A stretch of DNA of 63,113 bases from an uncultured Gammaproteobacteria bacterium (lineage in GTDB: Bacteria > Patescibacteriota > Microgenomatia > Levybacterales > GWA1-39-11), in NCBI GenBank assembly GCA_964394645.1, contig CAYMYC010000005.1, forward strand, positions 1-63,113, written 5' to 3'. Position 1 is the stretch's first letter; each line of letters begins with the position of its first letter. The notes under the pieces were generated by a model. That model saw only the letters and a list, made by a program, of their open reading frames with translations, had not been told where the DNA came from and ran no database searches. Shown here one piece after another: positions 49,062 through 58,267 of this stretch. The position numbers and the translations under genes were made by a program.

Positions 49062-49961
49062 CTATACGGCAGCCAATTCCACTGGGCTAACATTCCATTT
49101 CTTGCCGATCCTAGTGTAGACATCAGATCTACATTTTTTCCATGCATCAGCAGTCAATATCTCTCTTCTTCCAATAACCCTGTTTCCCTCTCCATCAATG
49201 TATGAGTACGCGCTACTTTTCCTAAAATCATCCCTAAACCCCAAACTTAATAAAAAATCAACATTTGCTGACCAGTTGCCTGCCTGGTCAATACAGGCAG
49301 TAACCTGGTCATATCCAGCAGCAAATATCTCATCGTTTGACTTTGCAAAAAGATAAGATCCAATTTCTGTTCGTCTTGCACTGCGTTTTATCATCATTAC
49401 ATGACCGTATGCCATTTTTAAAGGTTGCTCATTAGGTTTTTCAGGATCCAAAGGTCTTTCAGCTCTTTCTCTGTCACTTTTTGGAGCATAAGGATCATCA
49501 TTTAAAGCACTATATACACCTACCACCTCTCCATCCCTCATTGCAACCCAAGATTTCCTTTCAACCTTAACAGACTCTCCTGTTTTAGGAGCTATTACTT
49601 CAAATTCTCCATTCGGAAAATAAAATTTTCTTGCAACACTTTCAAATCTGGAAACAGCCTCTTGATCTTTCCAGTTTCGGGGAGTATAAAGCGTTAAGTT
49701 CTCATGATGAACATGAAGCGAATCTCTTTCAAGCATACCATCTGGTGTTTCAACCGGTCGATCATAGTCCTTGAATAGATTGACAACGCCTGATAAATGG
49801 TAAGGTGCCATCTCTGAAACATCCCAGGTATGCCTCTCTTCAACTTTTCGTGAAACCTCTTTGGATTCCTGCTTTTTTCCAGGATCTTCCGATTGAGTAG
49901 ATCTTCCAGATGTAGCTCTGAAAAAATTAGGTCTATATAAACTATGTTCTAGTTCTGCCAT
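49062..49961 (-). CDS. hypothetical protein with C-terminal GNAT-like domain
   Basis: GHVMMIKRSARRTEIGSYL and FLLSLGF. Confidence 0.5.
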   Translation of the reverse strand: MAELEHSLYRPNFFRATSGRSTQSEDPGKKQESKEVSRKVEERHTWDVSEMAPYHLSGVVNLFKDYDRPVETPDGMLERDSLHVHHENLTLYTPRNWKDQEAVSRFESVARKFYFPNGEFEVIAPKTGESVKVERKSWVAMRDGEVVGVYSALNDDPYAPKSDRERAERPLDPEKPNEQPLKMAYGHVMMIKRSARRTEIGSYLFAKSNDEIFAAGYDQVTACIDQAGNWSANVDFLLSLGFRDDFRKSSAYSYIDGEGNRVIGRREILTADAWKKCRSDVYTRIGKKWNVSPVELAAV

Positions 49962-50152
49962 ACACAAAATCCCTTCTTTAAAGGGTGATAAGTATTTTAT
50001 AACAAACATAGACCAAATGCAAAGCTCAACAGGCACAAAATAATCGCTTACATATTATGATAAACAATATAAAATGCATCACAGTAACTTCTAAAGTTTC
50101 TGACCATTTCTTGTTGATTTCAATCTACTAAGGTAGTACTATTGTTTCTCCC

Positions 50153-51037
50153 ATGAATTTTCGAGAAATATACTCATACAATTTGCTGAAACGCGATCTG
50201 GATAAAAAAAAGTGGATAGACCTTGCCTATAAGATAAACTTTAGGCATTCCCCAGAGCTAAGAAACCTTAAGGATGAGGAATTTCCAACTTCAGTTCTTA
50301 TCATTCCAGATGGTCAAAGAAGGTTTGGTAACGATGCCAAAATAGAAACCTCTAGGGCATACCAAATGGGGGCAGATAATTTGCTACTCCACTTAAAAAC
50401 ATTGTCTAATACGGATATCCCCACACAAACAGCTATTGCATGGGGATTCTCAACTGATAACTGGTCAAGACCACCAAAAGAAATTGATGGACTTATGACG
50501 CTTATGAATAATGCAATTCCCAAAATTGAAGAACATTTGGATTTGACTGAGGGAAGATTTATTCATTTAGGAAGAAGGCAAATTCGCAAAAATATGGCTA
50601 CAATATACAAAGATTATCCTAAATTAATTGAAAATATGCACGCTCTTGAGAAAAAGACATATAATAATTCGGGAAAAGTAATAGCATTAGCCGTTGACTT
50701 TGGTGGGCTTGATCAAGATAAAAGAACACACGAAGATGCATTAAATACAGGAACAATCTTTAAGCCCGACACAAAGGTACATTTATCTCCAGAGGATATC
50801 TGGAGATGGAGAGATTCAGCAGGACTTATAAGAACTGTTGATCTTGCTATTAGAACAGGCGAACAAATAACTGTGGGGAAAGGTATCGGAACGTTTCATT
50901 CGTCGGACATAGGATGGCTAAATGGAAAAAACACACAATGGGTAACCTACGAAAAGCGCTTCCCACAACTTACACTCAGAGATACAGCGCAGGCAATCAT
51001 CACCTATGCAAATGCTCGAAAAAAACATGGTAGCTAG
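50153..51037 (+). CDS. uppS: cis-prenyltransferase (UppS-like)
   Basis: IIPDGQRR, FSTDNWSRP, DLAIRTG. Confidence 0.75.
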   Translation: MNFREIYSYNLLKRDLDKKKWIDLAYKINFRHSPELRNLKDEEFPTSVLIIPDGQRRFGNDAKIETSRAYQMGADNLLLHLKTLSNTDIPTQTAIAWGFSTDNWSRPPKEIDGLMTLMNNAIPKIEEHLDLTEGRFIHLGRRQIRKNMATIYKDYPKLIENMHALEKKTYNNSGKVIALAVDFGGLDQDKRTHEDALNTGTIFKPDTKVHLSPEDIWRWRDSAGLIRTVDLAIRTGEQITVGKGIGTFHSSDIGWLNGKNTQWVTYEKRFPQLTLRDTAQAIITYANARKKHGS

Positions 51038-51085
51038 TTACCTATCCTCTTGCAATTTTTACGACCTTGTGCCCATAATAAATAC

Positions 51086-51682
51086 ATGAGTAGTATTCCT
51101 GGGAAAACATTAATTCTCATCTCTTTTTTAGTCACTCTAACTGTCGCCCTACTTGGACTTTCCATTTGGATTGGGTCCCAAAATAAACCAGCAGTAACTG
51201 TTGCGACAGTTACCCCTACTCCAACCGTTATGAAAACCGCTACCGTTTCTTTTTCACCTGCCATACTAGATCTTTCAACCGCCACTACACCATCAGCAAC
51301 AGTTGATATAGTTGTTGAAACAGCAGGCACTCCCATAACGGGCGTTCAAGCAGAGCTTCTTTACGATCCAAATCTAATAACAAATGTTAAGATTCTTCCC
51401 CCCGACCCTGCTAATTCTATCTTTGGAAATAATCCTGCCTCACACATGAATCTTTTTACGGACAGATCAACTTCTGGGAAATTAACATTTGCTGAAGTTA
51501 TAACTACAAATAGCACACCGGTCAGCGGAACAGGAAGCATTGGGAAATTAGTATTTAGCATAGTCAAGGGCACAAGTGCTTCAGCAAACATTACCTTTGG
51601 GAAAGAAACAAAGGTTACAACAAATACTACTCAAGAATCAATTATTAAAGATACTAAACCTCTTATAATCACCCTTCGGTAA
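51086..51682 (+). CDS. TM-anchored cohesin domain protein
   Basis: VDIVVET..ITGVQAELLYDP, GTGSIGKLVF. Confidence 0.7.
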   Translation: MSSIPGKTLILISFLVTLTVALLGLSIWIGSQNKPAVTVATVTPTPTVMKTATVSFSPAILDLSTATTPSATVDIVVETAGTPITGVQAELLYDPNLITNVKILPPDPANSIFGNNPASHMNLFTDRSTSGKLTFAEVITTNSTPVSGTGSIGKLVFSIVKGTSASANITFGKETKVTTNTTQESIIKDTKPLIITLR

Positions 51683-52124
51683 AAATTCCTCTTTCTCTTA
51701 ATTTCTTCGATTTCTTTAAAGAACAATTTTCACATCTAAATTCTGGGTTTATATCTTTTACTCTATCATATTTTGGTGTTTTAACTAATCTATAACCACG
51801 AGCAATTTTCCGACAATCCGCACATCTGATGTTTTCCTTAATCTCCCATTGTGTAGCCAGCGACTGAGACTTGAATATAAAAAGATCAACCCAAAAGAAA
51901 ATAAGACCGCCTATGAGATTTGCGATTGTTGCCGCGTACCAATCTTCAGGGGTACCAAGAATAGATGGTGAATGTTTTACCCACGCAACAATGGGCGCAA
52001 GAATTGGGGTAGAAAGTTGCCAACGGATTAAATACAGAAAATAACGCTTATATTCAATCCGCTGAAGAAAACGCCTTAGGCGTTTTTGAGGTGGAGAAAA
52101 TTCATACTTCTTCAATATCCTCAT
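51669..52124 (-). CDS. hypothetical membrane protein with C-terminal CxxC..CxxC
   Basis: CADC..CENC. Confidence 0.55.
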   Translation of the reverse strand: MRILKKYEFSPPQKRLRRFLQRIEYKRYFLYLIRWQLSTPILAPIVAWVKHSPSILGTPEDWYAATIANLIGGLIFFWVDLFIFKSQSLATQWEIKENIRCADCRKIARGYRLVKTPKYDRVKDINPEFRCENCSLKKSKKLRERGIFTEG

Positions 52125-52188
52125 ATAACTACTAGGGTTTTGTAATAATAACCTTGAAGAAGTCTATAATTAATTCTTTTAAAAAATG

Positions 52189-52755
52189 TCATCCTCGTTC
52201 TAGAGTCTTAAATGTATAAGTATATCCATTCCCTGAACTTTTTTTCTCCTCTATTACTCTTGTAAATTCTGGAAATTCAGGGAAAAAAGCATCCGCGTCA
52301 GAAAATTCACCATCTACAAAGGTCAAATATAACCTGTCTGCAAACGGAAGTCCAAGCGTAAAAATCTGCCCTCCACCTATGTCATATACTTCTGCCCCCT
52401 CTGATCTTGGATCGCGCGCACCCCTATAGTCTTCCACTTCAGAGATCTCAAGCTCTTTTCTCTTGGCAAACGCTATAGCCTCTTTCATATCCGTAAAAAC
52501 AAATACACCATCTGCTGCTTTATATTCTGGATCACGTGTCACAACTACACTTACTCTTTTTGGCATAGGTTTTCCCTTGTAGTAATGCAGTAAAGATTCA
52601 TAGGTTTTCCTCCCCATAATGTTTACATGCCCACGGGTCATGTCTCGAAAAAACTTTGCATCTTCTGGAATTTCCCAGAGCAACTTATCATCTTTTCCAA
52701 GCTCACGGTTTTTCCCGACAGCAGCAATTAGTGATACCCTTGGTTGATTATTCAT
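52189..52755 (-). CDS. folA: dihydrofolate reductase
   Basis: LIAAV, LLWEIPED, IMGRKTYES, IGGGQIF, DAFFP. Confidence 0.92.
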   Translation of the reverse strand: MNNQPRVSLIAAVGKNRELGKDDKLLWEIPEDAKFFRDMTRGHVNIMGRKTYESLLHYYKGKPMPKRVSVVVTRDPEYKAADGVFVFTDMKEAIAFAKRKELEISEVEDYRGARDPRSEGAEVYDIGGGQIFTLGLPFADRLYLTFVDGEFSDADAFFPEFPEFTRVIEEKKSSGNGYTYTFKTLERG

Positions 52756-53177
52756 TATGTCTTATTTAACAATTGATACGCATCTTCTATAACCTCTTTT
52801 GTATTTACTAGTAAATTTAGTTTAGATAAGGTTTTAACATAGACCCATTCAGGCTCAGTCTCATCACTTTTAATAAGCTCTCCTGAAGCCTCTTTTACTA
52901 AGTATACATTCCACGAGGTGGAAAGTATTTCCCCGTTTTTTCTTGGAATTTCTGCTTCATAAATTTTTGGTATCTTTATCATTGAATTTTTGTTTACTGA
53001 AAGTCCTGTTTCTTCTTCAAATTCTCTAGCAGCACCATCAAGAAGGCTCTCTCCTTCGTCAAGTCTTCCACCAGGTAATCCATATACTCCCGTGACATGA
53101 TGGGCACCCTCACCGTGTTTCACCAATAATACTTGCTCCCCTCGAATCAATAAGCCTGCAACAGTATTTACTCTCAT
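52755..53177 (-). CDS. NUDIX hydrolase
   Basis: GGRLDEGESLLDGAAREFEEETG Nudix box. Confidence 0.9.
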   Translation of the reverse strand: MRVNTVAGLLIRGEQVLLVKHGEGAHHVTGVYGLPGGRLDEGESLLDGAAREFEEETGLSVNKNSMIKIPKIYEAEIPRKNGEILSTSWNVYLVKEASGELIKSDETEPEWVYVKTLSKLNLLVNTKEVIEDAYQLLNKT

Positions 53178-53184
53178 ATATACA

Positions 53185-54201
53185 TTAACCTGACATCTTA
53201 CCAGTTTTCTTGTCATATAGACCACCTGCAACGGTCAACTCTGCTTTCATCATTGGATATGGATCATAATCTAAGAGCTCTACATCTTCCACTTTAAAAT
53301 CATCAATTGATTTAATTTTTCGTTTTATTTTAATCTTTGGAAATGGTCTTGGTTTTCTTTCTAACTGTTCTTTCACTTGTGGAATATGATTCTCATAAAT
53401 ATGAGCGTCTCCAAAGGTGTGCACAAATTCTCCCGGCTCAAGATCCATAATATTTGCCAAAATAATGGTAAGGAGTGAGTAAGATGCGATGTTAAACGGA
53501 ACACCCAGGAAAAGATCAGCACTTCTTTGATATAGCTGAAGTGATAATTTATTTCCGCGCCTGCTTACTTGATACATATTGTGGCAAATTGGAAATCTGT
53601 TGGCTTCTTTCTTAAGAGCCATTGTATACATGTATTCCGGGTTCCAAGAGGTCACAATTGCGTTTTTTGCATCCGGATCTTCTTTTAATTCCTGCATAAC
53701 CCAGGACAGCTGGTCAATAGTCCGAGGTTTCTTGGCTTGCCCTGCCTGCCCCGAGGAACGAGGGGAGCTTGCCGAATGGGTGGGCCAAGCTCTCCACATT
53801 TCCCCGTATATATGAGGTAAATTCCCCCATTTTTTAGCAAACTTTTCATTTGTCTTTATTTCATCAATAAATTCCTCTTTCGTGTATTTATTTTTTGGAT
53901 TTCTTGTTTTGAAAATCTTGTATGGGTAATCATCCCAAATGTGGACATTATTATCTACCAAATATTTAATGTTTGTATCCCCGCGCATAAACCATGCAAG
54001 TTCATGGATAACGCCTCTCCAATACACTTTTTTTGTAGTAAGAAGTGGAAATCCCTGAGAAAGATCGTATCTATTCTGACGACCAAACAAACTATAAAGT
54101 TTTATGTCTGTCCCACGATCTACCTTACGCTCCCCATGTTCCAAAGCCTCTTTTAAAAGATCTAAGTATTGGTATTCAGGATGTCTATTCGTTCTACTCA
54201 T
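53185..54201 (-). CDS. thyA: thymidylate synthase
   Basis: DRGT, FPLLTTK, PICH, QRSADLFLGVPFNIASY, HIYENH. Confidence 0.95.
   Translation of the reverse strand: MSRTNRHPEYQYLDLLKEALEHGERKVDRGTDIKLYSLFGRQNRYDLSQGFPLLTTKKVYWRGVIHELAWFMRGDTNIKYLVDNNVHIWDDYPYKIFKTRNPKNKYTKEEFIDEIKTNEKFAKKWGNLPHIYGEMWRAWPTHSASSPRSSGQAGQAKKPRTIDQLSWVMQELKEDPDAKNAIVTSWNPEYMYTMALKKEANRFPICHNMYQVSRRGNKLSLQLYQRSADLFLGVPFNIASYSLLTIILANIMDLEPGEFVHTFGDAHIYENHIPQVKEQLERKPRPFPKIKIKRKIKSIDDFKVEDVELLDYDPYPMMKAELTVAGGLYDKKTGKMSG
53734..53781 (-). repeat. nested REP-like in-frame insertion in thyA
   Basis: A 27-nt ACCCATTCGGCAAGCTC|AGGGCAAGCC unit is interrupted by a 21-nt GC-rich unit; encodes THSASSPRSSGQAGQA. Confidence 0.65.
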
Positions 54202-54211
54202 AATACTTACC

Positions 54212-54649
54212 AATACTACCAATTACAAATAAACAAATCAATGAATGGATCACTTCTTTTTTGTATTTAAAATAATAGTGCTAACAATTTTTATAATTTC
54301 TTTATTCTCTTGCATCAAGCCTTCCATTCTTGGTTTAAACGTAGGATTAGTATCAGCAATTATGCGCAGCCAATAATATGTTTCTTTCCCTTCTTTTCTG
54401 ACAATTGTATATTTTGAAATAAAATCCTTTTTGCTATCCGTACCATCTGCCTCCTGATCATTTGCGCCCATAGATGTGGAAGAGCGAGTAATTTGATTAA
54501 TTAAAATTAAATTCTCCTGATTCTTAGGTAATTTTTTCACAAGATTAATTACTCGGATTACAAACTGATAGATTCTTTCGTGAATATCAACTACTTTCTC
54601 CCCATTTTGCATTTTACTTTGATTGGTAGTATTTGATTATTTGTTTATT
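54212..54649. repeat. complementary repeats bracketing the four-helix-bundle gene
   Basis: AATACTACCAAT 54212-54223 vs ATTGGTAGTATT 54622-54633; AATAAACAAAT 54228-54238 vs ATTTGTTTATT 54639-54649. Confidence 0.75.
54250..54612 (-). CDS. four helix bundle protein (23S rRNA IVS protein family)
   Basis: QITRSSTSMGAN..EA..SKKDF..KEGKETYYWL. Confidence 0.85.
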   Translation of the reverse strand: MQNGEKVVDIHERIYQFVIRVINLVKKLPKNQENLILINQITRSSTSMGANDQEADGTDSKKDFISKYTIVRKEGKETYYWLRIIADTNPTFKPRMEGLMQENKEIIKIVSTIILNTKKK

Positions 54650-54656
54650 GGGTTAT

Positions 54657-55217
54657 TCAAATCTGACGTTCTTTTTTTGTTGCGGCGACTCGCCCCCCTT
54701 GCCATTGCCCCCTATACATATTTCCTCCACCGGCAACTTCTGAAAATTGAATATGTACAAAACGTGCACCCATCTCAATTGTGACAGTTACAGGTCCTGC
54801 ATTGTACAAGCCAAACGTAAGTCCTCCACAATATCCCGGCGGAACATTCCCGGTTCTTAACATAAGACCCGAACGATATGTTGTGGATCGAGGAGTAATG
54901 CTTGCAGTTAGATCTTCCGGCATATTTACGTCTTCTATAGTTTTTACTAAATAAAAATCTCCTGGCTTTATAATAAGAGAGCTTTTTTTCACGTGCTCTG
55001 AGCCTGTCGCAGGGTCATACTTTCTAACAAGCTTTACATCAGCCGTATGTCTTTCCGTAACTCCTAAAAACGCTTTTTTACCTATAATTTTAAATGCTTC
55101 ACCAAGACGCAAATCAAACCCTGCTCCTTCTGGGTTTGTTAATTCACGTTCTGAGAGATTTTCAACAAGTTTTTTTTTCTTAACTAGTTCAAGAAGTGTT
55201 TTTGGTCCAAGTATCAT
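54657..55217 (-). CDS. dCTP deaminase/dUTPase-family paralogue
   Basis: GFDLRLG, PRST, PGY.G, GARF. Confidence 0.75.
   Translation of the reverse strand: MILGPKTLLELVKKKKLVENLSERELTNPEGAGFDLRLGEAFKIIGKKAFLGVTERHTADVKLVRKYDPATGSEHVKKSSLIIKPGDFYLVKTIEDVNMPEDLTASITPRSTTYRSGLMLRTGNVPPGYCGGLTFGLYNAGPVTVTIEMGARFVHIQFSEVAGGGNMYRGQWQGGRVAATKKERQI
54994..55015 (-). repeat. second, degenerate copy of the thyA REP-like unit, in frame
   Basis: ACCCTGCGACAGGCTCAGAGCA matches the thyA outer unit at 18 of 22 aligned positions plus one gap. Confidence 0.55.
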
Positions 55218-55252
55218 ACCATAGATCCTTTCTGGGCAAGAGCTGTCAACTA

Positions 55253-55933
55253 CTATTTAAGTTTTATTTGAGAGATAAGTTTTTTTGTCACTTCGTCTAT
55301 ATTTCCTTCACCGTCAACTATTGTTATTTCCTCAGGAAATTTTTTTTGTACAAATTCATACCCCGTGATCAACTTTTCAAGCTTATTTTCATCTTCATAT
55401 ATCTCTTTTTCATCATCTTTTGTAGTGATCCTACCCATCGCTGTTTTCAAACCTATCCGTAAGTAAATAGAATAATCTGGAACTGTAAACTGATGGTACA
55501 TAGAAAGAATAGATTGTGTTATTAAAAGCAAATCGGCATCATTTTTATCATATTCTCCCCCACTCCTATCAAGGATTCCATACACAATAGCTGACCAAAA
55601 ACACCTATCAGTGATAACTACTTTCCCAGCTTGCAGGGAAGGCAAAACAAGCTCTTCATGATGAGCTGACCTATCAGCAGAAAAAAGATATTGCAGGGAA
55701 ACAGAGGGTAACTTTTCTGTTCCTAAAAGTACCTTCTGAACTAAATCTCCAATAAGACCTTCTTTTCTTGGCTCGCGCGTTGTCACTACTTCTTTCCCCT
55801 GTGATCTGTAGTACGCTGCGAGTTTTTCAACCTGAGTAGTTTTTCCCGATCCATCAATTCCCTCTAATGCAATATATGTGCCACGGTAAGGATTTTTTTT
55901 GAGTTCTATGTCAAAATTAATATTGTATTTCAT
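55253..55933 (-). CDS. tmk: thymidylate kinase
   Basis: EGIDGSGKTTQ, TREP, LFSADR, DRCFWS. Confidence 0.93.
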   Translation of the reverse strand: MKYNINFDIELKKNPYRGTYIALEGIDGSGKTTQVEKLAAYYRSQGKEVVTTREPRKEGLIGDLVQKVLLGTEKLPSVSLQYLFSADRSAHHEELVLPSLQAGKVVITDRCFWSAIVYGILDRSGGEYDKNDADLLLITQSILSMYHQFTVPDYSIYLRIGLKTAMGRITTKDDEKEIYEDENKLEKLITGYEFVQKKFPEEITIVDGEGNIDEVTKKLISQIKLK

Positions 55934-56023
55934 AAAAAAATATTACACTTTACTTGCTACTAGCTGCTCTCTTACGCGATCTTACTTTTCGAACTTTAGT
56001 GAGAACAAGGAAGATTTATGTCT

Positions 56024-56593
56024 TCACTTTTCCACATGAATCTTACTCTCAATCGGTCCTTCTTGCATGACGTATTTTGCATCCTGGCGTTTGTTATAGG
56101 GGTTTTCCGAGGAAGAACTTAATTCCTCAAAAGTCATTGCGCAAATTCTCATCCCAGGCGTAAGAGCTACTGCCATACGACCTAAGTTTCCAAGCTCTAA
56201 TACGCACTTCCCATTCCACCCGGGATCAAAAATAGAAGCAGTCGAGTGAACAACTATTCCCATTCTCCCCAAAGATGAACGCCCCTCCAGTCTCCCCATG
56301 AGGTTGTCAGGAATTGTTATTTTTTCCATAGTCACGGCAAGCACAAAATCCCCTGGCTGCATAATAAACTGGTCAGCACCTTTCAACTCTACTTCTCGTG
56401 TTATATCTGCACCATAATCCTTTTTGTATGGATCGATAAATGGATATTTACTGTGATCAAAAATCCTAAACAGGTTCCCTAATCGTAAATCTATAGAGCA
56501 AGATCCTAATTGTGTTGAAATATCAGGCTGTGGCGAAATAATAATTCTCTTATCCTCTAGCGCCTTTTTTATATCCCTATCTGAAAGTACCAT
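56024..56593 (-). CDS. dcd: dCTP deaminase
   Basis: SIDLRLG, EGRSSLGR, DPGWNG..VLEL. Confidence 0.9.
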   Translation of the reverse strand: MVLSDRDIKKALEDKRIIISPQPDISTQLGSCSIDLRLGNLFRIFDHSKYPFIDPYKKDYGADITREVELKGADQFIMQPGDFVLAVTMEKITIPDNLMGRLEGRSSLGRMGIVVHSTASIFDPGWNGKCVLELGNLGRMAVALTPGMRICAMTFEELSSSSENPYNKRQDAKYVMQEGPIESKIHVEK

Positions 56594-56709
56594 AATTGAA
56601 AAAAACTGATCCTATTAAAAGTTAACGGTATGGAACAATACTATCCAAATCCCAATAATTTCGCAAGTAACATTTTCTGCTTGCAAAATAAAAAAAACGT
56701 TACTATGAT

Positions 56710-57156
56710 ATGTATGGAATGAAAATTGTAGAAAAACACTCAATCGGATATGTGCTCGGAAAAGCACTTTTTTCCTCTCCTCAAAGAACTATCAGTGTTT
56801 TTTTTGTATTGTTTGTATTAGGTGCTGTTCCCTTAACATTTTATCTTGCAAACCAACAGCAGGATATACGACAACAAGCAGCAGATAGTACTCCCGCATG
56901 CATCTTTACACCGGGAACTATAAGACCAGGGGAAACATCCGAATTGCTAGTAGTCTCATATCCATATGCGCCTGAACCATACATGGAACCTGCTGACGGA
57001 TACTCAATTGTTGAAAAAAGGGGGGACACAATAATCTACAAATTGGATAAACCTGGAACTACCTGGAAAATATCATTACTAGATCCATCAAACCCTATGA
57101 AAAATAACTTGCCAAATGCGTTGGCATCCTGCACTGTTTCAACAACTGAATACTAA
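56710..57156 (+). CDS. TM-anchored exported protein with QQQDIRQQAA motif
   Basis: TM helix followed by NQQQDIRQQAA. Confidence 0.6.
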   Translation: MYGMKIVEKHSIGYVLGKALFSSPQRTISVFFVLFVLGAVPLTFYLANQQQDIRQQAADSTPACIFTPGTIRPGETSELLVVSYPYAPEPYMEPADGYSIVEKRGDTIIYKLDKPGTTWKISLLDPSNPMKNNLPNALASCTVSTTEY

Positions 57157-57236
57157 GTGTAGAATTCCGTGCTTGTGTTTAAATATACCCAGGTCATGCT
57201 CTTGCAAATAGAAAAAAATCTTCCTATGATTAGTAT

Positions 57237-58196
57237 ATGAATCCGAGCACTGTTGGAAATATTATTGAAGAGCTTTTTCTCTCATCAAAAAAAAGAATCA
57301 TAGGATCTATAGTGATTACAATTCTTATTCTTTCTATTCCAGTAACGGTTATGCTCACAAATCAGCAACAAGATATACGTCAGCGCGCGGCTTCCGTAGA
57401 TTTCACATCAGTAAGTTCAGATTCAGAAAATCCATCCCCAAGCCCGACGCTAGTTAAGTACTGCGGAGGAGATGATCATGTCTCTTGCGAAGTCGGACAA
57501 TATTCTTGCTGGCAGTATATTCCATCTGGTCCCTATCAGGGAACTTTTGCAAAATCATGTCAAGTATCCCAGGACGCGCCAAATCAGATTAACTGCATCC
57601 AATGCATTATGGTTACTCCTAGTCCTACAAGAAAACCTTCACCATCCCCTGCTCTAAGCGCAACCCCATCCATATCACAAGGAACAACGGTCGCTCTTGC
57701 CATTACACTCCCTGGGATTGGTCCTAATACCACATTAGGAGAAAATAATGAACCTCAGCACCTCTCTAGATCATTTGATGTATACGCATATGACGGGGAG
57801 AATCACGAAGCAGAAAAAACTACAACTACTCTTACCTATAACAATGGCGTATATAGCGGAAACGCCACATTTAACACTATTGCAAGCGGACCATATACCA
57901 TAAAGGTAAACGCTACAAATTCACTCATAAAAGCAGTTCCTGGAATTCATCAACTGTCGCAGGGAGCAACTGTAAATATACCTCCTGTTGTACTCGTCTC
58001 AGGTGATATCAGATCTAATGGCTCTTCAAAAAATCTATTAGACATAGATGACTATTCTATTCTTTTATCATGCTATGCTAAAACAGATTGCACAAACGAA
58101 TATAAAATACTTTCTGACTTAAATGATAACGGCGTTATGGATCCTCGGGATTTAAATATACTCCTTCGCGGCTTCGCGACCAGAAAAGGCGACTAA
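57237..58196 (+). CDS. exported protein with QQQDIRQRAA motif and C-terminal dockerin-like domain
   Basis: GDIRSNG..IDDYSIL and SDLNDNGVMDPRDLNILL duplicated Ca-binding motifs. Confidence 0.7.
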   Translation: MNPSTVGNIIEELFLSSKKRIIGSIVITILILSIPVTVMLTNQQQDIRQRAASVDFTSVSSDSENPSPSPTLVKYCGGDDHVSCEVGQYSCWQYIPSGPYQGTFAKSCQVSQDAPNQINCIQCIMVTPSPTRKPSPSPALSATPSISQGTTVALAITLPGIGPNTTLGENNEPQHLSRSFDVYAYDGENHEAEKTTTTLTYNNGVYSGNATFNTIASGPYTIKVNATNSLIKAVPGIHQLSQGATVNIPPVVLVSGDIRSNGSSKNLLDIDDYSILLSCYAKTDCTNEYKILSDLNDNGVMDPRDLNILLRGFATRKGD

Positions 58197-58267
58197 TTTC
58201 TTCTTGACTCTTTTTACCTTTCTCTCTACTATAAAGGTGTACCCGAATTTATCGGTTTTATATCTTT

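Noticed and set aside
52385-52450. Extra segment in FolA (EISEVEDYRGARDPRSEGA) as another repeat insertion
   Set aside because: No palindrome and no similarity to the thyA or dcd-like units; probably an ordinary loop extension.
54250-54612. Four-helix bundle as the Avd of a diversity-generating retroelement
   Set aside because: No reverse transcriptase or TR/VR pair with adenine-specific mismatches was seen; the only long repeat pair is 100% identical.
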